The notes under the pieces are model-generated. The model was not told the origin of the DNA. It saw only the letters and a list, made by a program, of their open reading frames with translations, and ran no database searches. This document shows, piece by piece, positions 25,865 to 39,810 of a stretch of DNA of 64,000 bases (position 1 is the stretch's first letter; each line of letters begins with the position of its first letter). The translations under genes were made by a program, and so were the position numbers. Origin of the DNA: Flaccisagitta enflata (lineage: Eukaryota); contig OZ231126.1 of NCBI GenBank assembly GCA_965153355.1, forward strand, positions 18,352,001 to 18,416,000, written 5' to 3'.

Positions 25865-27575
25865 TATGGTCCACTTTGAAGAAATAATCGATTTTGGCCA
25901 AAAAACTTTGACCGGCCTTCCATAGAGACATTTTTGTGATATATCGGATTTTCATATGCAAATAGGGATTAAGCACCACCTGAGAGGGCTAAATTTTTTG
26001 ATAGTTCACAGTATTTCCTCTATGGTTTCTAAACGGATTGGAGAAAAACCTTGTTATGGGTCGATGTCCTGTAGGACATAGGAGGGAATTTCAAGACGTC
26101 CGTCCATCCGTCTTTTCATCCATCCTTCTGTCCCCCCCTTGGCCATTGGAGCCTCAAGTCGGCAGTCTCAGGCCTGATTTTGGCCCTCTGAACCCTCAAA
26201 TTAGCCCTTTAAGACCTCAATTTAGCTCTCAAAAGCTCAAGTCAGCTCTCCGGACCTCAAACCAGCCCTCCAGACCTCAAATTAGCCCTCCAGGCCTCAA
26301 ATTAACTCTTCAAGCCTGCCCCCAAACCTCAAATTTGCTCTTTTGAATTAAATTCTGCCATCCCAACTTCAAATCCGCCTCAGGACGTCTCTAAATTCCC
26401 CCTGTGTCCTACAGGACATTAGCCCTTTGGGGCCGCTGCCCTGCTCTCACTCAACTACTTCACTTGATCTTTCTAAGCAGGGCATCGGGTACCGCTGACC
26501 ATGTGCGATCCTTGGATGACTAGTTTCATCTTCTAATCTTGTTTTTATATGCATTCTTGAATATCTGCGATGGGCTTTGTCTCTTTGCTAGTCTGTTGAT
26601 TTTTTCAATGGTTAATCTGTCCAACTGTCGGTTCATCCATCAGATATTTATAGTCATTTTAAGACATTTAGGTCATCTTTTGTCATTTTAAGTCATTCTA
26701 GGTCAGTCATATCATCTAAGATATTATAAGTCATTTTTATTCATTTTATGTAATTTAGGTCCTTTATTGGTATTTTTGTTCATTTAAGGTCTTTTTACAT
26801 CATGTTAGGTCAGTTTAAAGTCATTTAAAGACATTTTAAAGTTATTTAAAGACACTTAAAGTCATTAGGAAATTTAGGGATTTAGCAATTTCTGGGAATT
26901 CAAGAAATTCAAGAAATTTCTGGGAATTCAAGGGAATAACATCCAAGGATCGCACATGGTCAGCGGTACCCGATGCCCGGCTTGGAGTGATAGCTGAAGA
27001 AGTGGAGTAAGAGCAGGGCAGCAGCCCCAGAGGGCCGATGTCCTGTAGGACACATGGGTGAATTTCCATATGTCCTGAGCTCTAGGGCATATTTAAGGCC
27101 TTTGGAGCAATTTTCCATAATATTGAATAGGAAATTTGCATTTTTTCATCAATTTGCCATGTTACTCAATAGGAATTTCATATTTTTTTTTATTTTTCAT
27201 CAATTTTCCATGATATTCAATGGGAAGTTTGCATTTTAACAATTTCCCTTGTTATTCAATTAGAATTTGAGGATTGAGATGCTACGGGGGGGGGGGGGAC
27301 GGACAGAAGTACGTAATGGTTCACCCCTGTGTCCTACAGGGCATCAGCCCTCTTGGGCCACTGCCCAAAAAGTAATTGATGGAAAATGATTTAAGGCTTG
27401 AGCGGGCAGATCTCAGGTCTGATAGGGTAGATTTCAGGCTTGATAGGGTAGATTTCAGGCCTAATTGGGCAGATTTCAGGCCTGAGAGGGCGTGGGGAGA
27501 CGGACAGATGGAATTGGCGGAGGGGGGGGGGGCTGATATGAAGAATGGAAGGCGGATTTGAGGCCTGGAGGGCTA

Positions 27576-28336
27576 CACCGTCTTTAAATCGGTTTGACTT
27601 TTAGTAAACCTTTATAACTCCTAAACTATTGGGAGAAAAGTCTTCAAATTTTCAGTGTATGTCAGTGGTAAGCTACGGTTTTGTTATGCCAAATCTTGAT
27701 ATTGAGCTCCTGAATACTTAGGGTAAGCATAACATTGATTGAACTACCATATTTTTAAGCCACATCATTTTCTGTGGTCTTTTTTTAAAGAAGCTGTCTT
27801 TGGCAACTTGCCATTTCCATAGGAATTGACCTAAAACCCTGGGATTAGTCTCAAACGACAGATAATTGTTCATAGATTGCACACCTGCTGCATAAGTATC
27901 GAAAACCTGGATATTCAAAATGGTTGTTAATGGTTTTGATTGGAAATTGTCACATTTTTGGTTTGGAAACATAGAAAAATCACCCAAAATGTTTTCTTCC
28001 CCCCAAAAAATATCAAATTTTCAAGCAAAACTCAGATGAGTGAATCTTAGAAACAATTATTTATTATCTCAGATTTTTAGGTCTATTTTCTGTAGACGTA
28101 GCAAGCAAATAGTAACAATCTCTTTCAAAAAAAAATATCAAAAGTTGATTTGGCCCACAAAATTGTAGTTTTTACAATGTTATGCTGACTTCCATTGCTT
28201 ATGAACTCAACATAGAGATTTGGCATGACAAAACCGTAGCGCATTACCTACATACACCAAAAATTTGAGGACTTTTCTCCCAATAGTTTTGGAGTTATAA
28301 AGGTTTACTAAAAGTCAAACCGATTTGAAGACGGTG
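27576..28336. mobile_element. Tc1/mariner-like MITE with long TIRs
   Basis: TA|CACCGTCTTTAAATCGGTTTGACTTTTAGTAAACC … GGTTTACTAAAAGTCAAACCGATTTGAAGACGGTG|TA; inverted similarity extends over 100 bp; sits in a family-B element. Confidence 0.88.
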
Positions 28337-31199
28337 TAAATTGCGGTCTAGGAGGGCAAATTTGAGGTCTTGATGGCCAAGGGGGGGATGGAAGGATGGA
28401 CAGAAGGACAGACGTCTGAAAATTCCCCCCCCCCTGCGTTTTCCAAGACATTGGCCCTGTGAGGCTGCTGCCCAAAAAAGGAGGATGTTTTCTGCTCATT
28501 TTTTTGCAATGTTTCACATCTCCCTGATTGATGAACTGACAGTTGGACAGATAAACCATTGGAAAAATCAACAGACTAGCCAAGAGACAAAACCCCTCGC
28601 AGATATTCGAGAATTCATACAAAAACAGGATTAGACTATGAAAAAAGTGATGGCGGGAAAATTCTTGGAAATCCCCATGATAACGGGTGTTCGAATAAAA
28701 ATTGAAATCTAAACCAGAGCAGCTAGAGACGTGCGATTTTTTTCTGGACGTAGATCATGCTTCATAGAGCTTAAGTTAAACAAGTCATGGTTCATGGTCT
28801 CTGTTTACTAATGTAAACAAACAGATAAACAGTTGAAAATGAAAGATTCAAAAAGTCATGAATAAAACACATTTAGGGAAGCACAACATGCATGTTTTGT
28901 AGACCAAAAGGAAGGTCTTAGTCTCCTCTTTAATCTAAGACAAAAAACGAGTTGTTTTATGTCTTAGCTTCTTTCAAAACAACCAAAATAAACAATGGCG
29001 TTGTTCCCTTTTTTCATGTCTAAATAAGACTAAAGAGGGCCACCACTTGTCTTTTTTCTCAGTCTCTTCTCATCTTTCCTGAAAAAAAAGAGCAAAAGGC
29101 ACTTGAAACCTCTGATCTGCACTTGAAAGGTCTTGTGAGAGGTCAAAGACTGCAGGGACAGCAGCAGTAGAACCGCAGCAGTAGAACCAGTCTTGTGAGA
29201 GGTCCAAAACTGCAGGGACAGCAGCAGTAGAACCGCAAAGAAAAATTTGCTGTAGTTTGATGCTATCTTGAGTTTTCCCACTAAACTAGGCAATGAAAAC
29301 AAAAAAACAAAAGACTTTAAAGTATGAGTGAAGCCTTTTTTCAACTTGCATGTGATTTACTTGGATTGAGTGACATAATTGTTTTTCAATATTCTATCAA
29401 TGAATCTGACACTTCTAAATTTAAAGTGAGAAAATTATTCACAAAAAAAATTCTGTGATGAACTACATGAGCTGTAAAAACACTCTTATTGCCCAGAAAT
29501 TGACTAGTTCACTGAAATTGATTTCATTTGTGTCTTGTAGGACAAAGGTAATATTGAAGGTAATAAAGAAGTAGCACAAGACCAAATATCTCAATTATCA
29601 AACTACTGAAAGTTTGTGTTGCAAAAATTGTTTAAGCATATAAAAATATCTCTCATTTATGATGCTAGATGCCAAGCCATTAAGAATTGACATGACTGCA
29701 GTATGCAAACGATTTCTTTTTACTTACTTTCAAAGTTTGAATCAGACATTCACAGCAGCTTGTATCAATCCTTATTTACATATTGCTGAAAGTTTCTTTT
29801 TGAATCTTCAGTGATGTAAAACAAAAACAAGGTTTTCAAAATGTGAGTTTGGGCTCTGTGCTGTGTGGAAAGAACACTTGACCCAAACTGCATCTATTTC
29901 TTTTTTGGTTAAAGAGTTCAATTCCAATTTTATGATTTTCAACAGCTTGATCTACGCTTGTTTCAACCTGCTATATTGTCAAAGGATAAAAGCCCCATCA
30001 AAAACTAAATCAAAATACGGCTTCTAAAGTATGAGTAATCAAGGCCTACAATTCAAATGTGGTGATTATTATACCATGGAAAAAAAAAGTGAACACTCCT
30101 GTGAAAATGATCAAGCCCAAATCAGTAAGACAGGGGCAGTACTACAAAACTATAGCACAACAGTATTTGACACTTGCGGACCTTACAGTGACCTATAGCA
30201 CTAAGAAAAAAAATAACAAAATAAAAATCTCAGAAATAATTATGAGGGACTGATCAATGACTGGTTAGATAGAGAGATAATTAGAGTGAGACAGACTGTA
30301 ACAGCAAAGTGTTAGGTTCTGCCAAAGTTGCGTTTCCTTGATTAAATATGATTTGACCTATTAAACAAGCTTCATGTTTACCATTGTGATGAATAAGGAT
30401 TTTGCCTGAGGTCACAGATGAAAATGAGAATTACTGCAGTGAGGAAAAATTTTTTCCTGCTTACATTCAATGAGCATATGACATGATCAAATAACCCCGT
30501 ACTAAGTAAAAAAGACAACCATAGCAGGTTAAAAAGCATGCAGCAATATGCAAACTAGATTTAGTTCCATTTCTCCTACAAAAAAAATCAAAATGATATG
30601 AGAATCTCATTAGCATAATGATGTTGTTGTGTATTTCTGTCACTCTACTTGTTGATGATTTAAAAGAACATACACAAGGCCAAGTAGGGTGCGACATGTG
30701 GATCATCAAATGAATGCGCTACCAATCAACCAACCAAACGACTGACCAACCGTTGGACACAGCCAGTTTTATAGGTGCTTTGTTGCACCTGATAATGCAG
30801 CTGTGGTCATAGGTCACTCTATCTCATATTGCATAGAATGGCTAATATAAACAAGGCCGGATTTATGGCAAGACCGTTGCAGATGGTTGGGCAGGGGCCG
30901 TAATGCAAAAACTGCTCGCAGTTCAACAAGGGGATACCACCTACCACATGGCGAGGGTAGGGCATGCGGCATGCGAATTTATGGTCAGGCAGTCCCTCGG
31001 ACCGAGGAAATTGCAGACTTTTGGACCAGTTTAATGCAAAAACTGCTCGCAGCTAAAAAAGTTAGTAGCTTACCAACCTACCAACATGGCGAGGTGTAGA
31101 GTCGCGTGTCGGCAACTAAGAACTTAATACATGGTCAACAGGGCAGTCTTTCCTCTATGAATTCTCATTTGAAATTAGCAAAATGCTTTATGTACCAGT

Positions 31200-34100
31200 C
31201 ATCTTCATTTGTTAGACTGTGAGGAGCAAAATGAAATCAAATATGATAGTGGTCAAATTATGGAATAGCTCTGAGGCATTGGAGATTTCAAGATATGGAC
31301 CTGACTGTTAGCCTGATGGACTAATGATCTACAAAATATTGATTCATGCATCTAAAAAGAAATGTTGAGGAAGTTTTTTCTGGGATACCATAGAGCTGCA
31401 ATATGCAAATAAGATTGACAGCGTGCTTTCTCAAGATTTCATTTTGTTTTAGCTGCCAAGCTAGTTGAAAAAGCGGGTGGAAAACAAGTGGACACTTCTC
31501 TTTCTCTTAATTTTCAATAACAAATAATCAGACGGCCCATGAGTTACTGAGTGTATAAAGCATAGACGTTAGGACCTCTTAGAGAAGTACTAAGTTAAAC
31601 AAACAGAAATGCCTTGACCTTTTGCAATTTTAGATGATTTTTTAGGTATTCTTACGACTGCAAGGAGCAGAATAAGTTCCAATATAATAGTGGTCAAAGT
31701 ATGGAATGGCTCTTAGGCATTGCAGATATCAAGAGATGGACTCGACTGTTAGACTGATATACTATTGATCTACTGAAGGAGGACCTATGCACCGGAAAAA
31801 AATGACATTCAGGAAGTTTTTTTATGGTCACTATAGAGCTGCAAAATGCAAATTAGATTGACAGTGTCCCCTCTGAGCCGTTTGTACTATTTTGGCTTCA
31901 TAATACCTTGAAACTAGTCGCCCAAGAATATGTGGTCAGCGATACCCGTTGCCCTGCTTTGCATAGTTGTGAATCAGAATAAAAGGAAGTAGGGCAGCGG
32001 CCCCAAAGGGGACAAAGTCCTGTAGAACACAGGAGGACTTTTGTTTGTTCTTTCTTCCGTCCATAAATCCATTCCCCCAGGCCCTGTCAGGCTCTCTCAG
32101 GCTCTCTCAGGCCTGAAATCTACACTCTCAGTCCTGACTCTGAGAGGGCAGGTTTGAGGCCTGAGAGAGCATATTTCAGGCCTGATAGGGCAGATTCAAG
32201 GTCCTAGAGGGCAGATTTCAGGCCTGAGAGGGCAGATTTTAGGCTTGAGAAGGCAGATTTCAGGCCTAAGCAGGCAGATTTCAGGCCTGAAAGGGCTGAT
32301 TTCAGGCCTGAGAGGGCCTGGGGGAGACGAACAAATGGACAAACAAACTAACAAACAAAAGTTCCTCTGTGTTCTACAGGACTTCATCCCCTTTTGGGCC
32401 GCAGCCCAAAAAGGGGTAGAAGACAGTTGAATGAATCTCTCTCTCTTGATTCTCATTTATATTTTGCCAGATCCCTTGCAAGTCAATGGTTAAATGAGGG
32501 AAGAACTGAGATGACCTTTGTCTTTATTAATGTGTGGTTCAATGTTATTTTTTGGGTCCCTGTAAAACTGTTAGGAGCAAAATGAATTTCATTATGAAAG
32601 AGATCCAAATATGAAATAACTCTTAGACATTGCTGAAGTCAAGTGATGAACCTATGTATTGGACTATTAGACCAATGATCTACTAAAGAGCAATCAATGC
32701 CCCTGAAAAAAAGACATTAAGGAAGTTTTTATTAGGTCGCTATAGAGCTGCAATATGCAAATGAAATTGACAGTGTCCCTACTGAATCTTTCATACTGTT
32801 TCAGCTGCATGAAAGGTTAAAATAAAGAGTGGAAGACAAACATATGATTATCTATGTGTTAGCTGTATTGTTAACCAACCAGATTGCTCTTGAGTCTTGA
32901 CATGTGTGTCAATGGGAGTGAAGGGCATTTACCAATTCAAAGGTTGGGCTGCAATAAATAATTTTTGTATATGCCTCAGCCCTCGAGTTCATTAGATTTT
33001 TTAGGTGTTTGTAAGACTGTAAGGAGCAAAATCAATTCATGAAAGGTAGTGGTCAATTTATGGAATGGCTCTGAGGCATTGCAAATATCAAGAAATGGAC
33101 TTGACTGCAAGACTGATGGACTAATGATCTACAAAACGCCGATTCATGCACCTGAAAAAAAAATAATATTCAGAAAGTTTGTTCTAGGTCACTATAGAGC
33201 TGCAATATGCAAACAAGATTGACAGTGTTCCCTCTCAGTGTTTCATACTGATTTGGCTGCAAAATTGGTGAAACAAGGCCGGATACACAGCTACCGTGCG
33301 GGTGGGCAGGGGCCACATTTGAGGTCACTAGACCATTCAGGCAGGGGCAGTGAGGTCAAAGAAATGAAATCATAAAAAAAAGTAAAATTGGGACCAACCG
33401 ACCGACGGACAGATGGACAAAGGTGGTTGTAGAGTCACTGGCACGTGACAAAAAAAGGGGTGGAAAACAAGAGGAAGGTTCTCTGTCTCTTAATCATCCC
33501 TAACAACTGGTCAGATGGCCCATCAGTCAATGGGTGAAAAAGGCATAGACTGGTTCATTAGGAAATCTAAAGAGAACACGTGATGCAGGTTCACAAGTTC
33601 ATTGCGAATGGGTGGGCAGGGGCATCCAACCCCAACGCCCCACTCCATACACACAAAATGTATCCAAAACACTCAACTTTCCACTTTTCTACTCAATCAC
33701 CTCGACAAACAAACCAATGGAAAAACGGACAGTCACAGCGTTTAATAGAGTTGCGTGTCTGCAAATATAAACTGAGTTGAGTTAATAGTTTTTCAAAAAT
33801 GCAATTATTTTTCATGTTAACAGAGGTGAAAAATTTTTTAAGGGTTTATCTGACAGTAAGGAGCAAAATGAATTCCAAAATGGAAGTGCTCAAATTATGC
33901 AATGGCTCTTAGGCATTGCAGATATCAAGAAATGGACTTGACTGTTAGACTGATGAACTAATTATCGACTAAAGGCCGATCTATGCACCTGAAAATATGT
34001 CTTTTAGGAACTTTTTTTTATGGTCACTATAGGACTTCAATATGCAAATAAGATTGACAGTGTCCCTTCTGAGTCTTTTATACTGTTTGCCTGCATAGTA

Positions 34101-35716
34101 TGCTGAAAAAAGGGGTAGAAGATAATCAGTTCTCTTTCACATTTTGCCAAATTGCTCGCAAGTCAATGATTCATTTAGGGAAGAAAAGAGTGAGTTGGTG
34201 GTCCCGATCAATGCCAGAAGACAGCTCTAACATACCCTTCCCCTAAAATATTTATTATTTCTCAAAAATATTAAAACATGTTTTCTTAAGATAGGAAATT
34301 ATGATGCATTTAGTAAAAATATATGCCTAAGGAATTTTGATAGTATTTCAAAAGACCATATTTTAGGTATGTATGTGTATGTAATGGAAGCTTACACTAT
34401 ATAAATGTCCATATTATTTCCAGATTTTTTTCAATTTCTGTTTCCTTTTGATTAAGTGTATGAGTTTTATGTAGGATGAATTGTTGCACATGTCACATGT
34501 TATTACTATGCAAAGTAAGCACCGATAGATGTTATTTTTTTGGTCTCTGTAAGATTATTTGGAGCAAAATGAATTTCAACATAAAAATGGTCCAATTATG
34601 TGAGGACTCTTAGGCATTGCTATGTACCTATGTATTGGATTTTTGGACCAATGATCTACTAGAGATCATTTTATACCCCTGAAAGAAATGATATTCAGGA
34701 TGTTTTTATTAGATTACTATAGAACTGCAATATGCAAATGAGATTGACAGTGTCCCTACCCAATATTTATACTGTTTTAGCTGCATGAACCATTAAGAAA
34801 AAAAAGAAGACAGATTTATAGGTCTTCATCTGTTAGTTTTGTTAAAAGCCAATCAGATTGCCCTTGACTCGTGAGTCGATAGGTGTGAAGGGAACTTCCT
34901 GAATAATTGGGGAGATCACAGTCAATGTATCATCTTTCTGTACATGCCCTAAGTGTTTGGGATTTTCTAGGTCTTTGTCTGACTGAAAGGAGCAAAACCA
35001 AGTCATAAAAGATAGTGGTCTAAGTATGGAATGGCTCTGAGGCTTTGCAGATAGAAATGGACATGACTGTTAGACTGATGGACTAATGATCTACAAAATG
35101 CTGATTCATACACCTTCAAAAAACGACATTCAGGAAGTTTGGTCTACGTTACTGTAGTGCTGCAATATGCAAATAAGATTGACAGTGTACCTTTTCAGTG
35201 TTCCATACTGATTTGGCTTCAACATTGGTTGAAAAGAAAGGGGGGGAACAAGTGGAAGGTTCTCTATCTCTCAATTCTCACTAACAACTGATCAGATGGC
35301 TCGTGAGTCAATAGTTGTGGAGGGCATAGACTGGTTTGTCAGGGGACCTGAAGAGAGGAACTGAATTAAACTCACACTTTTTCAGAAACGCAAAGATTAG
35401 TTATTAGGTTATCTAAGTCAGCCTAACACCCTTTGAGAAGTGACACAGTTTTTTAAGATTTGTTGAAAAGAAGTGTTTTTTTTGGTCTTTTTAGACTTAA
35501 GAGCAAAATGAATTCCAATATGATAGAGGTCCAATTACAGAATGACTCTTAAGCGTTGCAGATATCAAGAGATGGACTTGATTGTTAGACTTATGGACCG
35601 ATGATCTACTAGAGACCAATCAATGCCTTAAAAAAAAGGGTATTCAGGGAGTTTTTTTCTAGGTCACTGTAGTGCTGCAATATGCAAATGAGATTGACAG
35701 TGCTCCTTCTAAGCCT
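31200..35716 (+). repeat. Diverged ~440-bp satellite, 8 monomers, trimeric higher-order pattern, each with an octamer box
   Basis: GACTG…GGAGCAAAATG starts near 31215, 31657, 32567, 33015, 33851, 34553, 34981, 35494; each is followed ~175 bp later by (G)CTGCAATATGCAAATNAGATTGACAGTG. Confidence 0.9.
31912..32412 (-). mobile_element. Family-B HINE inserted in the satellite
   Basis: AACTAGTCGCCCAAG…TGTGGTCAGCGATACCCG…GGGCCGCAGCCCAAAAA. Confidence 0.8.
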
Positions 35717-36094
35717 TTTTTGGGCAGCGGCCCCGAAGGGGACGAAGTCCTGTAGAACACAGGGGGGCTTTCGTTCGTCCGTTTGTTTGTTCGTTCGTTC
35801 GTCCCCCCCCCCTCATCAGGCCCCTCAGGCCTCAAATCTGGCCTCTCAGGCCTCAAATCCGGCCTCCCAGGCCTCAAATCCAACCTCTCAGGCCTCACCT
35901 TGGGCCTCTCAGGCCTCAAATTAGGCTTCCCCTGCCTCAAACCGTACCCCTCGGGCCTCAAATTAGGCCTCTCAGGCCCTTAATCAGCTATCTAAGCCTC
36001 AATTTACTGCTCTCAGGCTTCAAATCAGTCCTCTGACCTTTCAAGCCTTAATCCAGCTCTCTCAAGCCTCAAGTCAGCCCTCTAAAGCTTCCGA

Positions 36095-39060
36095 TTGTCT
36101 CTTTATGTTGTTTTATTTCTTTTCATGTCCCTTTATGTCTCCTTATGTCTCCTCATGTTTCCTCATGTCTCTTCATGTTTTTCATGTCTACGTATGTCTC
36201 TTCACATCTCTCTATGTCTTTTCATGTCTCTTCTTGTCTTCTCATGTCTCTTCTTGTCTCCTCATTTCTCTTCATGTCTCTTCATGTCTTTTCATGTCTC
36301 TTTCTTTTTAGTTGCGGACACGCAACTCTATAAGAGGCTTTGTCCGTCCGTCGGTCGGTCGGTCGGTCGGTCGGTGAGCACGAGTCGAAAAGTGTGAAAA
36401 CGCGCATTTCCACTCCTGCCCACCCGTCCGCAACTGGTGGCCGTGTATCCGGCCTTGTTTTTAAAGTCTCTTCATGTCTTCTCATGGTTTTTCATATCTC
36501 CTTATTTTCTTTTGTCTTTTCATGTCTTTTTTGTCTCTTTTTGTCTCCTCATGTCTCTTCATGTCTACTAATGTTTCCTCATGTCTTTTCATGTCTCTCC
36601 TGTCTTTCCATTTAGTACAAAATCTTTTCATATCTTTTCATATCTCCTCATGTCCTTTCATGTCTCCATATGTCGTAGCATGTCTCTTCATGTCTTTTCA
36701 TGTGTCTTCATGTCTCCTCATGTCTCTTGTAGTCTCCTCATGTTTCTTCATTTTTTTTTGTCTCTTCATTTCTCTTCATGTCTCCTCATGTCTATTCAAA
36801 TCATTTCATGTCTCCTCATGTCTCCTCATGTTTCCTGATGTCTCTTCATGTATCCTCATTTCTTTTTTATGTCTTTTCATGTGTTTTCATGTCTCCTCAT
36901 GTCTCCTCATGTCCCCTCATGTCTCTTCATGTCTCCTCATGTCTATTCATATTTTTCATGTGTCTTTATGTCTCTTCATGTCTTATCATGTCTTTTCTTG
37001 TCTTTTCATGTCTTTCATGTCTTCTCATGTCTATCCATGTCTCCTAATTTCTTTTAATGTCTACTCATGTCTCTTCATGTATCCTCATGTCGCTCATGTC
37101 TGCTAAGGTCTTTCCATGTCTTTTCATATCTCCTCATGTCTGTTTATATCTCTTCATGCTTCTTCATACCTCTTCATGTCTTTTCATGTCATCTCATGTC
37201 TCTTCATGTCTTTTCATGTCTTTTCATGTCTTCTCTTGTCTTCTGATGTCTCTCCATCTCTTTTCATGTTTCTTAATGTATCTTTGTGGAGAGACATGAA
37301 GAGACATGAAAAGACATAAAATGAAATAAGGAGACATGAATTGACCGGAGAAGACATTAAGACACATGAAAAGACATGAAAAGAAATGAGGAGAGATGAA
37401 GAGACATCAGGAAACATAAGGAGACATGAAAAGACTAGAAAAGACATAAAAAGACATGAAGAGAAATGAAGAAACATGAGAAAACTACAAGAGTTATGAT
37501 GGGACATGAAGACACATGAAAAGAATGGAGGGGACATGAAGGGACATGAGGAGACATAAGGAGACATGAAGATACATGTAAAGAATGGATGAGATATGAA
37601 GGGACATGAGGACACTTGGAAAGACATGAGGAGACATGAAGAGACTTGAGTAGACATAACGTGTAATGAAAAAGATGAGGAAATATGGAGAAAAATGAAA
37701 AGACATGAAAAGACATGAGACATGAGGATAAATGAGCAAAGATGAAGGGGCATGAATGGACTTAAAGAGACATGAAGACACGGGAGACATGAAGAGGAAT
37801 AAGGAGATATTAGCAGGCATGAGGAGACACAAAGAGACATGAGGAGACATGACCACACATGAGGAGACATGAAAAGACACAAGGAGACATGAGGAGACAT
37901 GAAGAAACACAAGGAGACATGATGAGACATGAGTAGGCATGAGTAGGCAAGAGACATGAACAGAAATGGACAGAATATGTTAAATATGGTATTTAGAAAA
38001 TTTCGGGCTATGGACCCTTTCCCTAACCCTATCCCTACCGTCCTCTCCTTCATCAATCTCATGTTCACAAAAAATCCTTCTCAGGATTTGCAAAACTGTT
38101 GTTTTATGTCTCTTCATGTCTTTTCATGTCTCCTCTTGTCTTCTCATGTCTCTCCATCCTTTTTCATGTCCCTCCATGTCTTTTTTTGAAGAGACATGAA
38201 GAGACGTGAAAAGACATAAAAGGAAATCTGGAATCATGAAAAGACAGGAAAACACATCAAAAGACATAAAGCACCATAAGAATATGAAAAGACATGGAGA
38301 GACATGAATAGAAATGAGGAGACATGAAGAGACATGAAGACTCATGAAGACACATGAAAAGAGATGAAAAGAAATGAGGAGACATGAAGAAACATCAGGA
38401 AACATAAGGAGACATGAGGAGACATGAAGAGACATGAAAAGACTAGAAAAGACATGAGAAGACATGAAGAGACATGAAGAAACATGAGACTACAAGAGAC
38501 ATGAGGCCACATGAAGATGCATGAAAAGAATGAAGGAGACATGACAGGACTTGAAGAAACATGAGAAGACTACAAGAGACATGAGGGGACTTGAAGATAC
38601 ATGAAAAGAATGAAGGAGACATGAAGAGACATGAGGAGACATGAGGAGACATATGGAGACATCAGGAGACCTGAGAAGACATGAAGAGACATGAGGAAAT
38701 AACTATGAGGACACTTGGAGAGACATGAGAAGAAATGAAGAGACATGAAGATTTAGAAGAGACATAAAGAGACATGAGGAGACATGGAAAACATGAGGAA
38801 ATATGGAGAGACATGAAAAGACATGAAAAGACATGAGACATGAGGATACATGAGGAAAGATGAGGGGGCATGATTAAACTTTAAGAGACATGGAGACACA
38901 GGAGACATGAAGAGGAATAAGGAGATATAATCAGGTGTGAGGAGACACAAAGAGACATGAGGAGACTTGACCAGACATGAGGAGACATGAAGAGAGACAA
39001 GGAGGCATGAAGAAACACAAGGAGACATGAGCAGGCATGAGGAGGCAAGAGACATGAACA
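36095..39060. repeat. Degenerate 10-bp (GAGACATGAA/TTCATGTCTC)n satellite in alternating orientations
   Basis: TC-strand blocks about 36095-37285 and 38100-38185; GA-strand blocks about 37290-37960 and 38190-39060; source of the MSLHVSS ORFs. Confidence 0.92.
36305..36460 (+). mobile_element. Family-A DINE/HINE insertion present only in duplication copy 1
   Basis: The matching site in copy 2 (about 57924-57940) is a plain T run followed by AAAGTCTC. Confidence 0.88.
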
Positions 39061-39111
39061 GAAATAGACAGAATATGTTAGAAATGGTGTTTAGAAAATT
39101 TTGGGCTATGG

Positions 39112-39144
39112 ACCCTAACCCTAACCCTAACCCTAACCCTAACC
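39112..39144. repeat. Short (CCCTAA)n telomere-type repeat
   Basis: About five CCCTAA units; also at about 61367-61398 and inverted (TTAGGG) at about 57059-57079. Confidence 0.8.
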
Positions 39145-39235
39145 ATCCTCTCCTTCATCAAGTTCATGTTCACAAAAAAATCCTTCTCAGGATTCGCAAC
39201 ACTGAAAAGACGAACCAATGGCGATGATTCTTTGT

Positions 39236-39364
<129 letters not shown>

Positions 39365-39399
39365 GGATGAAAAGGCTGGACACACCGCTACCCCAGTCA

Positions 39400-39810
39400 T
39401 GTGCCCTATCCCCTACCTTCAGACACACCCCTGGACTCACCCCTACCTTTTGACTCACCCCTAACCCTAGACTAGCCCCTACCTCTAACTTCCCCCTGCT
39501 GCCAACTCCACTCCTACCCCTTACCCCACTCCTACCCTTGACTCGACCCCCACCACGGACCTTTGACCCCATACTCAACCTCCACCCCTTACCCCTAGCT
39601 CGCCCAATCCTACCCCTAACTCCACCTCTACCCCTTACTCCACCCCTACCCTAACTCCACCCCTATCCCTAACTCCCCCCACCCCAAACTCAACTCCTAT
39701 CCCTAGTCCCACCCCTTCCCTTAACTCCACCCCTTATTCAACCCCTACCCAAGAACTCAACCCTGCACCGAAATCTACTCCTTATCCCAACCCCTTTCCC
39801 ACAAGCCCTA
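39400..39810. repeat. Degenerate ~18-bp CCCTAACTCCACC repeat
   Basis: C-rich tandem variants; counterpart at about 61660-62080. Confidence 0.75.

Noticed and set aside
29030-29344. 104-aa ORF retained in both duplicates
   Set aside because: Retention reflects the recent duplication; it has a TTG start, contains a 60-bp tandem duplication and shows no recognisable domain.
31380-35710. Recurrent LQYANEIDSVP reading of the satellite box as repeated exons
   Set aside because: Monomer 2 has an in-frame TAG, the upstream AG is absent in several monomers, no donor is conserved, and the other frames I tried contain stops.
39112-39144. True telomere or chromosome fusion site
   Set aside because: Only about 5 units, embedded in a repeated module present several times.
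36095-39227. Long Ser/Leu/Met/Cys-rich ORFs (also 57026-59358, up to 355 aa)
   Set aside because: They are translations of the 10-bp satellite and are open in several frames and on both strands.
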